From contig CM082581.2 of the NCBI GenBank assembly GCA_040954595.2, forward strand, positions 2,658,699 through 2,722,698: 64,000 bases of DNA, written 5' to 3'. The notes beneath the pieces were generated by a model, which did not search any database, had not been told where the DNA came from, and saw only the letters and a program-made list of their open reading frames with translations. The stretch is from Balanoglossus misakiensis (Eukaryota; Animalia; Hemichordata). Numbering within the stretch: position 1 is the first letter of the stretch; every line of letters begins with the position of its first letter. A program made the translations under genes and the position numbers. Shown in pieces: positions 25,901 to 39,520 of this stretch.

Positions 25901-28900
25901 AGGCTCATACTTGCACATTTGGCCGTTGGAAGGCTCATATTTGCACATTTGGCCGTTTGAAGGCTCATATTTGCACATTTGGCCGTTGGAAGGCTCATAT
26001 TTGAACATTTGGCCGTTAGAAGGCTCATATTTGGCTGTTTGAAGGCTCATACTTGCATATTTGGCCGTTGAAAGGCTCATATTTGCACATTTGGCCGTTG
26101 GAAGGCTCATATTTGCACATTTGGCCGTTAGAACGGTCATATTTGGCTGTTTGAAGGCTCATACTTGCATATTTGGCCGTTGAAAGGCTCATATTTGAAC
26201 ATTTGGCCGTTGGAAGGCTCATATTTGCACATTTGGCCGTTGGAAGGCTCATATTTGCACATTTGGCCGTTGGAAGGCTCATATTTGCACATTTGGCCGT
26301 TAGAAGGGTCATATTTGGCTGTTTGAAGGCTCATACTTGCATATTTGGCCGTTGAAAGGCTCATATTTGCACATTCGGCCGTTGGAAGGCTCATATTTGA
26401 ACATTTGGCCGTTAGAAGGCTCATATTTGGCTGTTTGAAGGCTCATACTTGCATATTTGGCCGTTGAAAGCACATATTTGTACATTTTGCCGTTAGAAGG
26501 CTCATATTTGGCTGTTTGAAGGCTCATACTTGCATATTTGGCCGTTGAAAGGCTCATTTTTGCACATTTGGCCGTTGGAAGGCTCATATTTGCACATTTG
26601 GCCGTTGGAAGGCTCATATTTGCACATTTGGCCGTTGGAAGGCTCATACTTGCACATTTGGCCGTTTGAAGGCTCATACTTGCACATTTGGCCGTTTGAA
26701 GGCTCATACTTGCACATTTGGCCGTTTGAAGGCTCATATTTGCACATTTGGCCGTTTGAAGGCTCATATTTGCACATTTGGCCGTTAGAAGGCTCATATT
26801 TGCACATTTGGCCGTTTGAAGGCTCATATTTGCACATTTGGCCTTTAGAAGGCTCATATTTGCACATTTGGCCGTTTGAAGGCTCATATTTGCACATTTG
26901 GCCGTTAGAAGGCTCATATTTGGCTGTTTGAAGGCTCATACTTGCATATTTGGCCTTTGAAAGGCTCATATTTGAACATTTGGCCGTTGGAAGGCTCATA
27001 TTTGCACATTTGGCCGTTGGAAGGCTCATATTTGAACATTTGGCTGTTGAAAGGCTCATATTTGCACATTTGGCCATTGGAAGGCTCATATTTGAACATT
27101 TGGCCGTTAGAAGGCTCATATTTGGCTGTTTGAAGGCTCATACTTGCATATTTGGCCGTTGAAAGGCTCATATTTGCACATTCGGCCGTTGGAAGGCTCA
27201 TATTTGCACATTTGGCCGTTAGAAGGCTCATGATTGGCTGTTTGAAGGCTCATACTTGCATATTTGGCCGTTGAAAGGCTCATATTTGCACATTTGGCCG
27301 TTAGAAGGCTCATATTTGAACATTTGGCCGTTAGAAGGCTCATATTTGGCTGTTTGAAGGCTCATACTTGCATATTTGGCCGTTGAAAGCACATATTTGT
27401 ACATTTTGCCGTTAGAAGGCTCATATTTGGCTGTTTGAAGGCTCATACTTGCATATTTGGCCGTTGAAAGGCTCATATTTGCACATTTGGCCGTTGGAAG
27501 GCTCATATTTGCACATTTGGCCGTTAGAAGGGTCATATTTGGCTGTTTGAAGGCTCATACTTGCATATTTGGCCGTTGAAAGGCTCATATTTGAACATTT
27601 GGCCGTTGGAAGGCTCATATTTGCACATTTGGCCGTTGGAAGGCTCATATTTGCACATTTGGCCATTGGAAGGCTCATATTTGCACATTTGGCCGTTAGA
27701 AGGGTCATATTTGGCTGTTTGAAGGCTCATACTTGCATATTTGGCCGTTGAAAGGCTCATATTTGCACATTCGGCCGTTGGAAGGCTCATATTTGAACAT
27801 TTGGCCGTTAGAAGGCTCATATTTGGCTGTTTGAAGGCTCATACTTGCATATTTGGCCGTTGAAAGCACATATTTGTACAATTTGCCGTTAGAAGGCTCA
27901 TATTTGGCTGTTTGAAGGCTCATACTTGCATATTTGGCCGTTGAAAGGCTCATATTTGCACATTTGGCCGTTGGAAGGCTCATATTTGCACATTTGGCCG
28001 TTGGAAGGCTCATATTTGCACATCTGGCCGTTGGAAGGCTCATACTTGCAAATTTGGCCGTTGGAAGGCTCATATTTGCACATTTGGCCGTTTGAAGGCT
28101 CATATTTGCACATTTGGCCGTTTGAAGGCTCATATTTGCACATTTGGCCGTTTGAAGGCTCATATTTGCACATTTGGCCGTTTGAAGGCTCATATTTGCA
28201 CATTTGGCCGTTAGAAGGCTCATATTTGCACATTTGGCTGTTTGAAGGCTCATATTTGCACATTTGGCCTTTAGAAGGCTCATATTTGCACATTTGGCCG
28301 TTTGAAGGCTCATATTTGCATATTTGGCCGTTAGAAGGCTCATATTTGGCTGTTTGAAGGCTCATACTTGCATATTTGGCCGTTGAAAGGCTCATATTTG
28401 AACATTTGGCCGTTGGAAGGCTCATATTTGCACATTTGGCCGTTGGAAGGCTCATATTTGAACATTTGGCTGTTGAAAGGCTCATATTTGCACATTTGGC
28501 CGTTGGAAGGCTCATATTTGAACATTTGGCCGTTAGAAGGCTCATATTTGGCTGTTTGAAGGCTCATACTTGCATATTTGGCCGTTGAAAGGCTCATATT
28601 TGCACATTCGGCCGTTGGAAGGCTCATATTTGCACATTTGGCCGTTAGAAGGCTCATGATTGGCTGTTTGAAGGCTCGTACTTGCATATTTGGCCGTTGA
28701 AAGGCTCATATTTGCACATTTGGCCGTTAGAAGGCTCATATTTGAACATTTGGCCCTTAGAAGGCTCATATTTGGCTGTTTTAAGGCTCATACTTGCATA
28801 TTTGGCCGTTGAAAGCACATATTTGTACATTTTGCCGTTAGAAGGCTCATATTTGGCTGTTTGAAGGCTCATACTTGCATATTTGGCCGTTGAAAGGCTC

Positions 28901-31900
28901 ATATTTGCACATTTGGCCGTTGGAAGGCTCATATTTGCACATTTGGCCGTTGGAAGGCTCATATTTGCACATTTGGCCGTTGGAAGGCTCATATTTGGCT
29001 GTTTGAAGGCTCATATTTGCACATTTGGCCGTTGGAAGGCTCATATTTGCACATTTGGCCGTTGGAAGGCTCATATTTGCACATTTGGCCGTTAGAAGGC
29101 TCATATTTGGCTGTTTGAAGGCTCATACTTGCATATTTGGCCGTTGAAAGGCTCATATTTGCACATTTGGCCGTTAGAAGGCTCATATTTGAACATTTGG
29201 CCGTTAGAAGGCTCATATTTGGCTGTTTGAAGGCTCATACTTGCATATTTGGCCGTTGAAAGCACATATTTGTACATTTTGCCGTTAGAAGGCTCATATT
29301 TGGCTGTTTGAAGGCTCATACTTGCATATTTGGCCGTTGAAAGGCTCATATTTGCACATTTGGCCGTTGGAAGGCTCATATTTGCACATTTGGCCGTTGG
29401 AAGGCTCATATTTGCACATTTGGCCGTTGGAAGGCTCATATTTGGCTGTTTGAAGGCTCATATTTGCACATTTGGCCGTTGGAAGGCTCATATTTGCACA
29501 TTTGGCCGTTGGAAGGCTCATATTTGCACATTTGGCCGTTAGAAGGCTCATATTTGGCTGTTTGAAGGCTCATACTTGCATATTTGGCCGTTGAAAGGCT
29601 CATATTTGCACATTTGGCCGTTGGAAGGCTCATATTTGCACATTTGGCCGTTAGAAGGGTCATATTTGGCTGTTTGAAGGCTCATACTTGCATATTTGGC
29701 CGTTGAAAGGCTCATATTTGAACATTTGGCCGTTGGAAGGCTCATATTTGCACATTTGGCCGTTGGAAGGCTCATATTTGCACATTTGGCCGTTGAAAGG
29801 CTCATATTTGCACATTTGGCCGTTGGAAGGCTCATATTTGCACATTTGGCCGTTAGAAGGGTCATATTTGGCTGTTTGAAGGCTCATACTTGCATATTTG
29901 GCCGTTGAAAGGCTCATATTTGCACATTCGGCCGTTGGAAGGCTCATATTTGAACATTTGGCCGTTGAAAGGCTCATATTTGCACATTTGGCCGTTGGAA
30001 GGCTCATATTTGCACAATTGGCCGTTGGAAGGCTCATATTTAACATTTGGCCGTTGGAAGGCTCATATTTGCACATTTGGCCGTTGGAAGGCTCATATTT
30101 GAACATTTGGCCGTTAGAAGGCTCATATTTGGCTGTTTGAAGGCTCATACTTGCATATTTGGCCGTTGAAAGGCTCATATTTGCACATTTGGCGGTTGGA
30201 AGGCTCATATTTGCACATTTGGCCGTTAGAAGGGTCATATTTGGCTGTTTGAAGGCTCATACTTGCATATTTGGCCGTTGAAAGGCTCATATTTGCACAT
30301 TTGGCCGTTGAAAGGCTCATATTTGCACATTTGGCCGTTGGAAGGCTCATTTTCGAACATTTGGCCTTTAGAAGGCTCATATTTGGCTGTTGAAAGGCTC
30401 ATATTTGCACATTTGGCCATTGGAAGGCTCATATTTGAACATTTGGCCGTTAGAAGGCTCATATTTGGCTGTTTGAAGGCTCATACTTGCATATTTGGCC
30501 GTTGAAAGGCTCATATTTGCACATTCGGCCGTTGGAAGGCTCATATTTGCACATTTGGCCGTTAGAAGGCTCATGATTGGCTGTTTGAAGGCTCATACTT
30601 GCATATTTGGCCGTTGAAAGGCTCATATTTGCACATTTGGCCGTTAGAAGGCTCATATTTGAACATTTGGCCGTTAGAAGGCTCATATTTGGCTGTTTGA
30701 AGGCTCATACTTGCATATTTGGCCGTTGAAAGCACATATTTGTACATTTTGCCGTTAGAAGGCTCATATTTGGCTGTTTGAAGGCTCATACTTGCATATT
30801 TGGCCGTTGAAAGGCTCATATTTGCACATTTGGCCGTTGGAAGGCTCATATTTGCACATTTGGCCGTTAGAAGGGTCATATTTGGCTGTTTGAAGGCTCA
30901 TACTTGCATATTTGGCCGTTGAAAGGCTCATATTTGAACATTTGGCCGTTGGAAGGCTCATATTTGCACATTTGGCCGTTGGAAGGCTCATATTTGCACA
31001 TTTGGCCATTGGAAGGCTCATATTTGCACATTTGGCCGTTAGAAGGGTCATATTTGGCTGTTTGAAGGCTCATACTTGCATATTTGGCCGTTGAAAGGCT
31101 CATATTTGCACATTCGGCCGTTGGAAGGCTCATATTTGAACATTTGGCCGTTAGAAGGCTCATATTTGGCTGTTTGAAGGCTCATACTTGCATATTTGGC
31201 CGTTGAAAGCACATATTTGTACAATTTGCCGTTAGAAGGCTCATATTTGGCTGTTTGAAGGCTCATACTTGCATATTTGGCCGTTGAAAGGCTCATATTT
31301 GCACATTTGGCCGTTGGAAGGCTCATATTTGCACATTTGGCCGTTGGAAGGCTCATATTTGCACATCTGGCCGTTGGAAGGCTCATACTTGCAAATTTGG
31401 CCGTTGGAAGGCTCATATTTGCACATTTGGCCGTTTGAAGGCTCATATTTGCACATTTGGCCGTTTGAAGGCTCATATTTGCACATTTGGCCGTTTGAAG
31501 GCTCATATTTGCACATTTGGCCGTTTGAAGGCTCATATTTGCACATTTGGCCGTTAGAAGGCTCATATTTGCACATTTGGCCGTTTGAAGGCTCATATTT
31601 GCACATTTGGCCTTTAGAAGGCTCATATTTGCACATTTGGCCGTTTGAAGGCTCATATTTGCATATTTGGCCGTTAGAAGGCTCATATTTGGCTGTTTGA
31701 AGGCTCATACTTGCATATTTGGCCGTTGAAAGGCTCATATTTGAACATTTGGCCGTTGGAAGGCTCATATTTGCACATTTGGCCGTTGGAAGGCTCATAT
31801 TTGAACATTTGGCTGTTGAAAGGCTCATATTTGCACATTTGGCCGTTGGAAGGCTCATATTTGAACATTTGGCCGTTAGAAGGCTCATATTTGGCTGTTT

Positions 31901-33291
31901 GAAGGCTCATACTTGCATATTTGGCCGTTGAAAGGCTCATATTTGCACATTCGGCCGTTGGAAGGCTCATATTTGCACATTTGGCCGTTAGAAGGCTCAT
32001 GATTGGCTGTTTGAAGGCTCATACTTGCATATTTGGCCGTTGAAAGGCTCATATTTGCACATTTGGCCGTTAGAAGGCTCATATTTGAACATTTGGCCGT
32101 TAGAAGGCTCATATTTGGCTGTTTGAAGGCTCATACTTGCATATTTGGCCGTTGAAAGCACATATTTGTACATTTTGCCGTTAGAAGGCTCATATTTGGC
32201 TGTTTGAAGGCTCATACTTGCATATTTGGCCGTTGAAAGTCTCATATTTGCACATTTGGCCGTTGGAAGGCTCATATTTGCACATTTGGCCGTTGGAAGG
32301 CTCATATTTGCACATTTGGCCGTTGGAAGGCGCATATTTGGCTGTTTGAAGGCTCATATTTGCACATTTGGCCGTTGGAAGGCTCATATTTGCACATTTG
32401 GCCGTTGGAAGGCTCATATTTGCACATTTGGCCGTTAGAAGGCTCATATTTGGCTGTTTGAAGGCTCATACTTGCATATTTGGCCGTTGAAAGGCTCATA
32501 TTTGCACATTTGGCCGTTGGAAGGCTCATATTTGCACATTTGGCCGTTAGAAGGGTCATATTTGGCTGTTTGAAGGCTCATACTTGCATATTTGGCCGTT
32601 GAAAGGCTCATATTTGAACATTTGGCCGTTGGAAGGCTCATAATTGCACATTTGGCCGTTGGAAGGCTCATATTTGAACATTTGGCCGTTGAAAGGCTCA
32701 TATTTGCACATTTGGCCGTTGGAAGGCTCATATTTGCACATTTGGCCGTTAGAAGGGTCATATTTGGCTGTTTGAAGGCTCATACTTGCATATTTGGCCG
32801 TTGAAAGGCTCATATTTGCACATTTGGCGGTTGGAAGGCTCATATTTGCACATTTGGCCGTTAGAAGGGTCATATTTGGCTGTTTGAAGGCTCATACTTG
32901 CATATTTGGCCGTTGAAAGGCTCATATTTGCACATTTGGCCGTTGAAAGGCTCATATTTGCACATTTGGCCGTTGGAAGGCTCATTTTTGAACATTTGGC
33001 CTTTAGAAGGCTCATATTTGGCTGTTTGAAGGCTCATACTTGCATATTTGGCCGTTGGAAGGCTCATATTTGAACATTTGGCCGTTAGAAGGCTCATATT
33101 TGGCCGTTTGAAGGCTCATACTTGCATATTTGGCCGTTGAAAGGCTCATATTTGCACATTTGGCCGTTGAAAGGCTCATATTTGCACATTTGGCCGTTGG
33201 AAGGCTCATTTTTGAACATTTGGCCTTTAGAAGGCTCATATTTGGCTGTTTGAAGGCTCATACTTGCACATTCGGCCATTGGAAGGCTCAT
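22936..33291. repeat. 10.3-kb satellite of 30-bp monomers (AAGGCTCATATTTGCACATTTGGCCGTTGG) with 22-bp and 29-bp variants
   Basis: Periodicity is directly visible. Identical ORF-track entries recur at an offset of 3343 bp (27228/30571, 27705/31048, 27898/31241). Confidence 0.99.
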
Positions 33292-33684
33292 TGAACGCTC
33301 GCTATTATAATAATCACACTTGCTATCATAAGAATCAATTAAATATTTGAAAATTGGAAGATTTGAGTACTTGCTTTTATCTTAGTGTGACTGGCACAAG
33401 ATATATATTCACAACATACAGAGATATATTTTATTTATTCTTGGTGTTTTATCAAATAATCCATCCTAGAGAAATACAGAGACCATTTGTAGAGGAGTTC
33501 TTGAGTGAAACACAACAGCATTTACTCCAGATCATATCTTTTTGATACTGTAAGTACTTGAATAATCTGAAGGAATGTTATCACATCTGTAACAAGTTGA
33601 ATACATCAATACAATGAGAGTAAAGAAATTAAGCACAAAGGCCAAAAATAAAAAGAGAAAGTTGCATCTCCAACATAAAAGACA

Positions 33685-34182
33685 ATGTCATCAAATTCTT
33701 ATAGAAAGGTTGTTATTGAGGGTGATGGCAATTGTCTATTTAGGGCTATAAGTCAAGGCCTATTTGCAACTCAGATTCATCATAATGCTGTTAGATTACA
33801 AACTGTAAACTATATATGTGATCATTGGGATGAATATAAAGATTTCATTATTGCTGAATATCAGAGATTTAGTGTAAATAATCAAGATGACTACAGGCAG
33901 TACATGTCTAAATCTGATCCAGGTTTTGCAACTTTTGGTGGCCATATTGAAATAACTGCAGCTGCTTCAGCATACAATGTGAAGATTGCAGTTCATTTAG
34001 ATATTCTCAATGAACCATTTCTCATAGGTGATTCCTCAGTGACAATACACCTGTTATATCATGCAATCCGTGAACAAGGACAAATTGATAGTGGTCACTA
34101 TGACTTCCATGAGATAACAGATACACATCTTACACAGACACTTGAGGACTCTGATCATGAATCGGGCAAACACATGATATGA
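33685..34182 (+). pseudogene. OTU-family cysteine protease domain of the Helentron polyprotein
   Basis: GDGNCLFRAIS (catalytic Asp/Cys), FGGHIEI and GHYD (catalytic His). Confidence 0.88.
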
Positions 34183-35462
34183 TCACAACACATAATATAG
34201 GCTTTGCAAGTTATAGGGAAAGGGAAAAAGAGAGAGACAAGAAGAGAAAGCAAGAAAAAAGAAAAAATGTTGACTTTAAGGAGAATGAAAAACAAAGAGA
34301 CTTATCATATAAAAGAATCAAAAGATCTAATAGTTGGTGGAGGCAAAATGAACAGCAGAGAAATGTAGAATCAATGAAATTAAGACGGTCTGATGAAGTG
34401 TACAGAAAATGTGAACAACAGAGAAATGTTCAATCAATGATATTAAGACAGTCCGATCAAGGGTACATACAAAGTGAACAACAGAGAAATGTTCAATTAA
34501 TGAAATTGAGACGGTCCGATGAAGTTTACAGACAACGTGAACAACAGAGAAATGTTGAATCAATGAAATTAAGACGGTCTGATGAAATGTACAGACAACG
34601 TGAACAACAGAGAAATGTTGAATCAATGAAATTAAGACGGTCTGATGAAGTGTACAGACAATCTGAAAGGGAAGCAGATGCAAGAGCTAAGAAAATTAAC
34701 AGAAATTGTGTTGGTGCCAAATCAATTAAAGAGCTTATTGATGTATTTCATAAATCAGTTCAGAATGGTCCAACATTTGTATGTGTGTGCTGTGAACAGC
34801 TGTGGTACAGAGAAAGTGTTGTAAACTACAATAATATCCAAAGTAAATTTTCATTATTTTCATCAACCCATGTAAATGCAAATGCCACAACTGATGAAAT
34901 GTCACCATTATGTAGAACTTGCTACTCGTATTTAAAAGACTCAAAGCTGCCACCCTGTGCTGTAGCAAACAAAATGTCATTTCCAGTAATCCCACCAGAG
35001 TTACAATTACATCCACTTGAAGAAAGACTTGTGGCCTTGCATATTCCTTTCATGCAAATAAGAGAATTGCCACGGGGTAGACAAATTAGTCTCAAAGGCA
35101 ATATTGTCAATGTCATAGCAGATGTCTCTAGTACTGTTTCGACATTACCGAGAACTATCAATGAATCACAAACAATACCAGTCAAATTCAAGAGGAAAAT
35201 CAGCTACAATCATGCCTACCAAGTTGAAAATGTTAGACCTCAGAAAGTTTTAATAGCAGCAAAGTGGTTAGTTGAAAACAGTCCTTTGTATAAAGCAGAA
35301 AAGATAACAATTGGTACAAATTGGAACGTTTGTGATCAAAATGAGTCTGATGATAACTGGGAAGAATTTTTGAACAATAATGGTACAAATCTTGCTTCTG
35401 AATTATGTGAACCGGTCCAAATGGATACATCTGCTGAAAATTCTTGGCAAGACAGTTCATGA
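34179..35462 (+). pseudogene. Helentron N-terminal region: charged 21-aa repeats, zinc-finger-like motif and conserved pre-Rep domain
   Basis: EQQRNVESMKLRRSDEVYRQR about five times. GPTFVCVCCEQLW...LCRTC...PPCAVANKM, LEERLVA..IPFM.I and GNIVNV. Confidence 0.85.
34348..34665 (+). repeat. 63-bp coding tandem repeat, about 5 copies
   Basis: GAACAACAGAGAAATGTT...AGACGGTCTGATGAA recurs every 63 bp, in frame. Confidence 0.9.
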
Positions 35463-36423
35463 AAAGGAGTACACAGACAATGATATATTAAATATGTCGT
35501 GGAACACAAAGTCGGAACTGATCAAATCAGACCTTGTTACTTGTGCTCGACACTTTGATCATTGCTTTCAGCAATTAATGCATGATTTTCTTCTGAGCTC
35601 ACATCATCCACTCGGTAAAATACAGGACTACTTTTACAGAGTTGAATTTAAACAAAGAGGGTCACCACATGTACACATGCTTGTATGGATCAAAGATGCG
35701 CCAGTATATGGTGAAAATGATAATGATAAAATTACCAATTTCATAGATCAGTATATTACATGCAGCAATGAAACCAGTGATGAAAACCTTGCAGAATTGA
35801 TAAATTATCAAATGCATAGACATGCAAAAACATGTAAACTGAAAGGTCAGTGTGTTTGTAGATTTGGCTTTCCTCTTCCACCTATGCCAAGAACAATGAT
35901 ATTGGAACCATTACCCATGGATATTGATGAAACAACAGAACAGAGACTTACAGAACACTATAAACATATTAAAAGTGTACTTGCTGATTTACAATGTGGA
36001 GAAAATATCTCATTTGATGAATTCTTAGATAAAATACAACTAGATGAACAGACCTACATTAATGCACTACAGTCATCTCTAACATCAGAGAAAATCTTCC
36101 TCAAGAGATCCCCAAATGAAATCAGAATCAATAATTACAATGAAATTCTACTGAAAGCATGGAGAGCAAATATGGACATTCAATTTATTATAGATCCATA
36201 TGCCTGTGCTATGTACATAGCATCTTACATCAGTAAAGCTCATCGAGGAGTGAGTAACTTGCTCGCTAGAGCTGTAGATGAAGTGAGAGAAGGAAATCAA
36301 GACATCAGGGAAAGTGTCAGACACATAGGAAACAAATTCCTAAATCATGTTGAAGTTAGTGCTCAAGAAGCTGTCTATCTTACAATGCAAATGAAATTAA
36401 GAAGAGCTTCACGAGATGTCATA
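35415..36423 (+). pseudogene. Helitron Rep (HUH endonuclease) domain
   Basis: YFYRVEFKQRGSPHVHMLVW (HUH motif), QMHRHAKTC, CRFGFP, ANMDIQF, YIASYISK (catalytic tyrosines) and EVSAQEAVY. Confidence 0.95.
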
Positions 36424-36877
36424 TTGAACACCTATTGCCTGGCCATGAGGGCCATAGCGGCCGTTTATTACACCCGAGGGGCTGTGAGTTACCAGAATCA
36501 TATGCTATTTCCCTCGGCCTGCGGCCTCGGGAAATAGCATATGATTCTGGTAACTCACAGCCACGAGGGGGTAAAAACGGCTGCTATGGCCCGAATATAG
36601 GCCTGGCTATAGGTGTTTTATAATAAACCTCATGCTAACAGCTGGGAAAATCTTGCAATTTTCTCTTGAGGTTGGCAGACGACATCTTCCGCGGTGGCCA
36701 TTGTGTCAGACGACGCGACGCTGATTGACGTGACCGAGTCTGCGCACTCACGCTGGTCACGTGACCGGTTTATATTTTTTGTGCTATTTCCCTAGCGGTT
36801 CATAGTCGATTCTATTTTCCTATCACGTGACAGATTCTGGCGAATCACGGCACAGTATTAGCATGAGGTATATTATA
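36424..36877. mobile_element. 454-bp non-autonomous insertion (long palindrome plus second inverted-repeat module) in the Rep/Hel ORF
   Basis: ATA direct repeat at 36421-36423 and 36875-36877; removing the insert restores RASRDVIIVNTAPP. 36427-36618 is a near-perfect palindrome, and 36621-36874 is bounded by ACCTCATGCTAA / TTAGCATGAGGT. Confidence 0.85.
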
Positions 36878-39110
36878 ATTGTTAATACAGCACCTCCTAA
36901 TGATCGAGTTATCCTACTGAAACCACTGGACGAAATACGAAATATGCCAGCAAATGCTACTGATATAGAAAGTGACAACATCTTGAAAAAATATGAGCGT
37001 CGTCCAAAGGCCCTTGAGAATTTGTGCTTGGCAGATTTTGCAGCTTGGTATAAATTTGAAAAGGAAAAAGATGATGAGCTAGATAAGAAAGACAACGATG
37101 ATTTGTACAACAATGAGGACGAGGAGGGTCAAACAACTTATCGTGTGGGCAGCCTTATCTACAATAAACGCACAAAAAGTAAAGTCATCCGATATGTTCG
37201 TTTCCATAAAGAAAGAGACACAGAAAATCATTACAGAGAGTTGGTAATGTTGTTTTATCATTGGCGATATGAAAATCAACTAATGGCTGGTTGTAATACA
37301 TACTACGAGCGCTATTTACAAGTCAAACAGCAAGTAGATACTAAACAAAAAGAATACAATAAAAATGCTGAGGCATTAGATCAAGCAATTGAAGCAGTAC
37401 AGAGTACAGCTGTGGATATGTTTGACAACATTGTTCCAAATACAGAACATCAGGAAAGACAAGACTCTGCAGAAGGATGTAGACAAAGTAACACAATGAA
37501 CATATTTGCCCCACAGGATGACAGTCATTCACATTATGACATAGGTCAAGACATTGGTATTGCTGTAAACAATCCTAATATTAATGAACTTCTACACCCA
37601 CGAATGCCTGACACTGAACTTTACCCCCTTTTACAGACTCTTAACAAGAAGCAAAAAGAAATATTCTATCATGTAATTCAATGGATTAAAACAAAAACAG
37701 ATCCTTTGCATGTATTTGTAACAGGCGGAGCAGGTGTTGGTAAATCTCTTGTTCTGAAATCACTCTATCAAGTACTATTGAAACATCTTTCAAGTCTTCC
37801 CGGTCAAAATCCTGACAATGTATTCATTTTACTCATGGCACCAACAGGCAAGGCGGCATACAATATTAAGGGTAGTACAATTCACTCAGCACTACAAATT
37901 CCTGCAAGTCAAGGATTTCACTATCGACCATTAACATCAGAAAGACTAAATACTTTGCAAGCATAATATAGAAATCTGAAAGTCATTTTCATTGATGAAA
38001 TCTCCATGGTTGACAATGGTATGTTCAACTACATCAACCTTAGACTGAAACAAATCATGGCAAATAATCAACTCTTTGGTGGTGTCAATATAGTTGCATT
38101 TGGAGACCTATATCAATTAAAGCCTGTCTTTGATGGCTGGATATTTCATGACCTTAGGCATGATTATTACCACTTGCTTTGAATATATGGAAAGAACTTT
38201 TCCAAATGTTTGAACTAACAGATATTATGCGCCAAAAAGATTACTTGAATTTTGCAGAATTACTGAATCGTGTACGGGAAGGAAAACACACATCAGATGA
38301 CATAAGTATTCTCAAAACTCGGATAGTACAAAGCAATAATGTAAGTCCACCTTATGATGATTCAATAGTTCATCTGTATTGTGAGAACAAACTTGTTGAT
38401 GATCATAATATGTCAGTGTATGATAGACTCACAGAAACTAAAACAAATGTATTTGCTACTGATACTGTAATTGGGGATGTCTCTGAAACAGTGAAACAAA
38501 AAACATTAGCCATAGTTACAATGTTAGGCCCTCAAAAGACAATGGGATTAGTATCTCAATTATCTGTTGGAATAAATCAACGAGTTGAACTGTGTATGAA
38601 TCTGTGAGTTGATGATTGATTAATAAACGGTACTCCAGGAATAATCAAGTTTATTGATGGACCAGACTTGGATGATGTCACAATGCTATGGATTTTATTT
38701 GATGATAGCGCTGTTGGCAAGGCACTACGACAAGAAAAACGTCATTTATACCACAGAAAAATAACCAAATCATGGACACCCATTGCACAGATATCACGGC
38801 AGTTCAGAGTAGGAAGACACAGGAATGCTGAAGTTGTTAGAAAACAATTTCCCATTAGACCAGCCAGTGGAAAAACTGTCCACCGTTGCCAAGGTGATAC
38901 TCTGAATGATGTGGTTGTTGATTTTAGCACTGCTTCAAACAGAAACCAGTGTCATATACATTTTGTTGCGCTTAGCAGGGTCACAAAACTGGCTGGTCTT
39001 CACATAACCACATTACACGAAAATCAAATATCTGTCAGCACTGATGTCACACAAGAAATGCAACGCATGCGATCTCATTCCATGTTACAACTTTGTTTGA
39101 CTTTTCCCTA
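36878..39110 (+). pseudogene. Pif1-family SF1 helicase of the Helentron, with stops and frameshifts
   Basis: Walker A TGGAGVGKS, APTGKAA, TIHS, IFIDEISMV, FGDLYQLKPV, MRQKD, TVHRCQG and VALSRV. Stops at 37964 and 38605. Confidence 0.95.
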
Positions 39111-39520
39111 TGATATACCAAACAAATTTATTATTGCTTATCAAAATGTAAGATCTCTCCATTGCCATTTCCAAGATGTTGTGAATGATTTCAATTTGAC
39201 ATCAGCTGATGTACTTATTTGCAGTGAATCAAGATTACAAAGTGCTGATCAGAATGATGATTACAGAATTCCAGATTTTGAAATTTCCAGACATGATGAC
39301 AACAGTAATCAACAAAGAAGACCATATAATGGGCTAGTATTGTACAGCAAAGCTAACACCCTGGAGTCTCTTCCACATTCACACCATTACTTTCACTGTG
39401 AATTTGTCACAGCAGTATACAAAACAACACTTGGCTTACTTTCACTTCACCAGAATCTATTCAGTCATATAAAAACTGCACTTGATAGACTGTACAAGAC
39501 TGTCCTACTTGCTTCATCAT
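39111..39520 (+). pseudogene. AP-like (EEP) endonuclease domain fused to the helicase, 3'-truncated
   Basis: IAYQNVRSLHCH, DVLICSESRL and GLVLYSK. The later catalytic motifs (GDFN, SDH) are absent after a junction near 39520. Confidence 0.8.

Noticed and set aside
22941-33291. Dozens of MSLxTAKCAN / YEPSNGQMCK ORFs
   Set aside because: Satellite artefacts: the 22-bp and 29-bp monomers shift the frame constantly.
22936-33291. CRISPR-like array (also considered for 4117-4433 and 56998-57615)
   Set aside because: There are no unique spacers and no cas genes, and the context is eukaryotic. These are plain tandem repeats.
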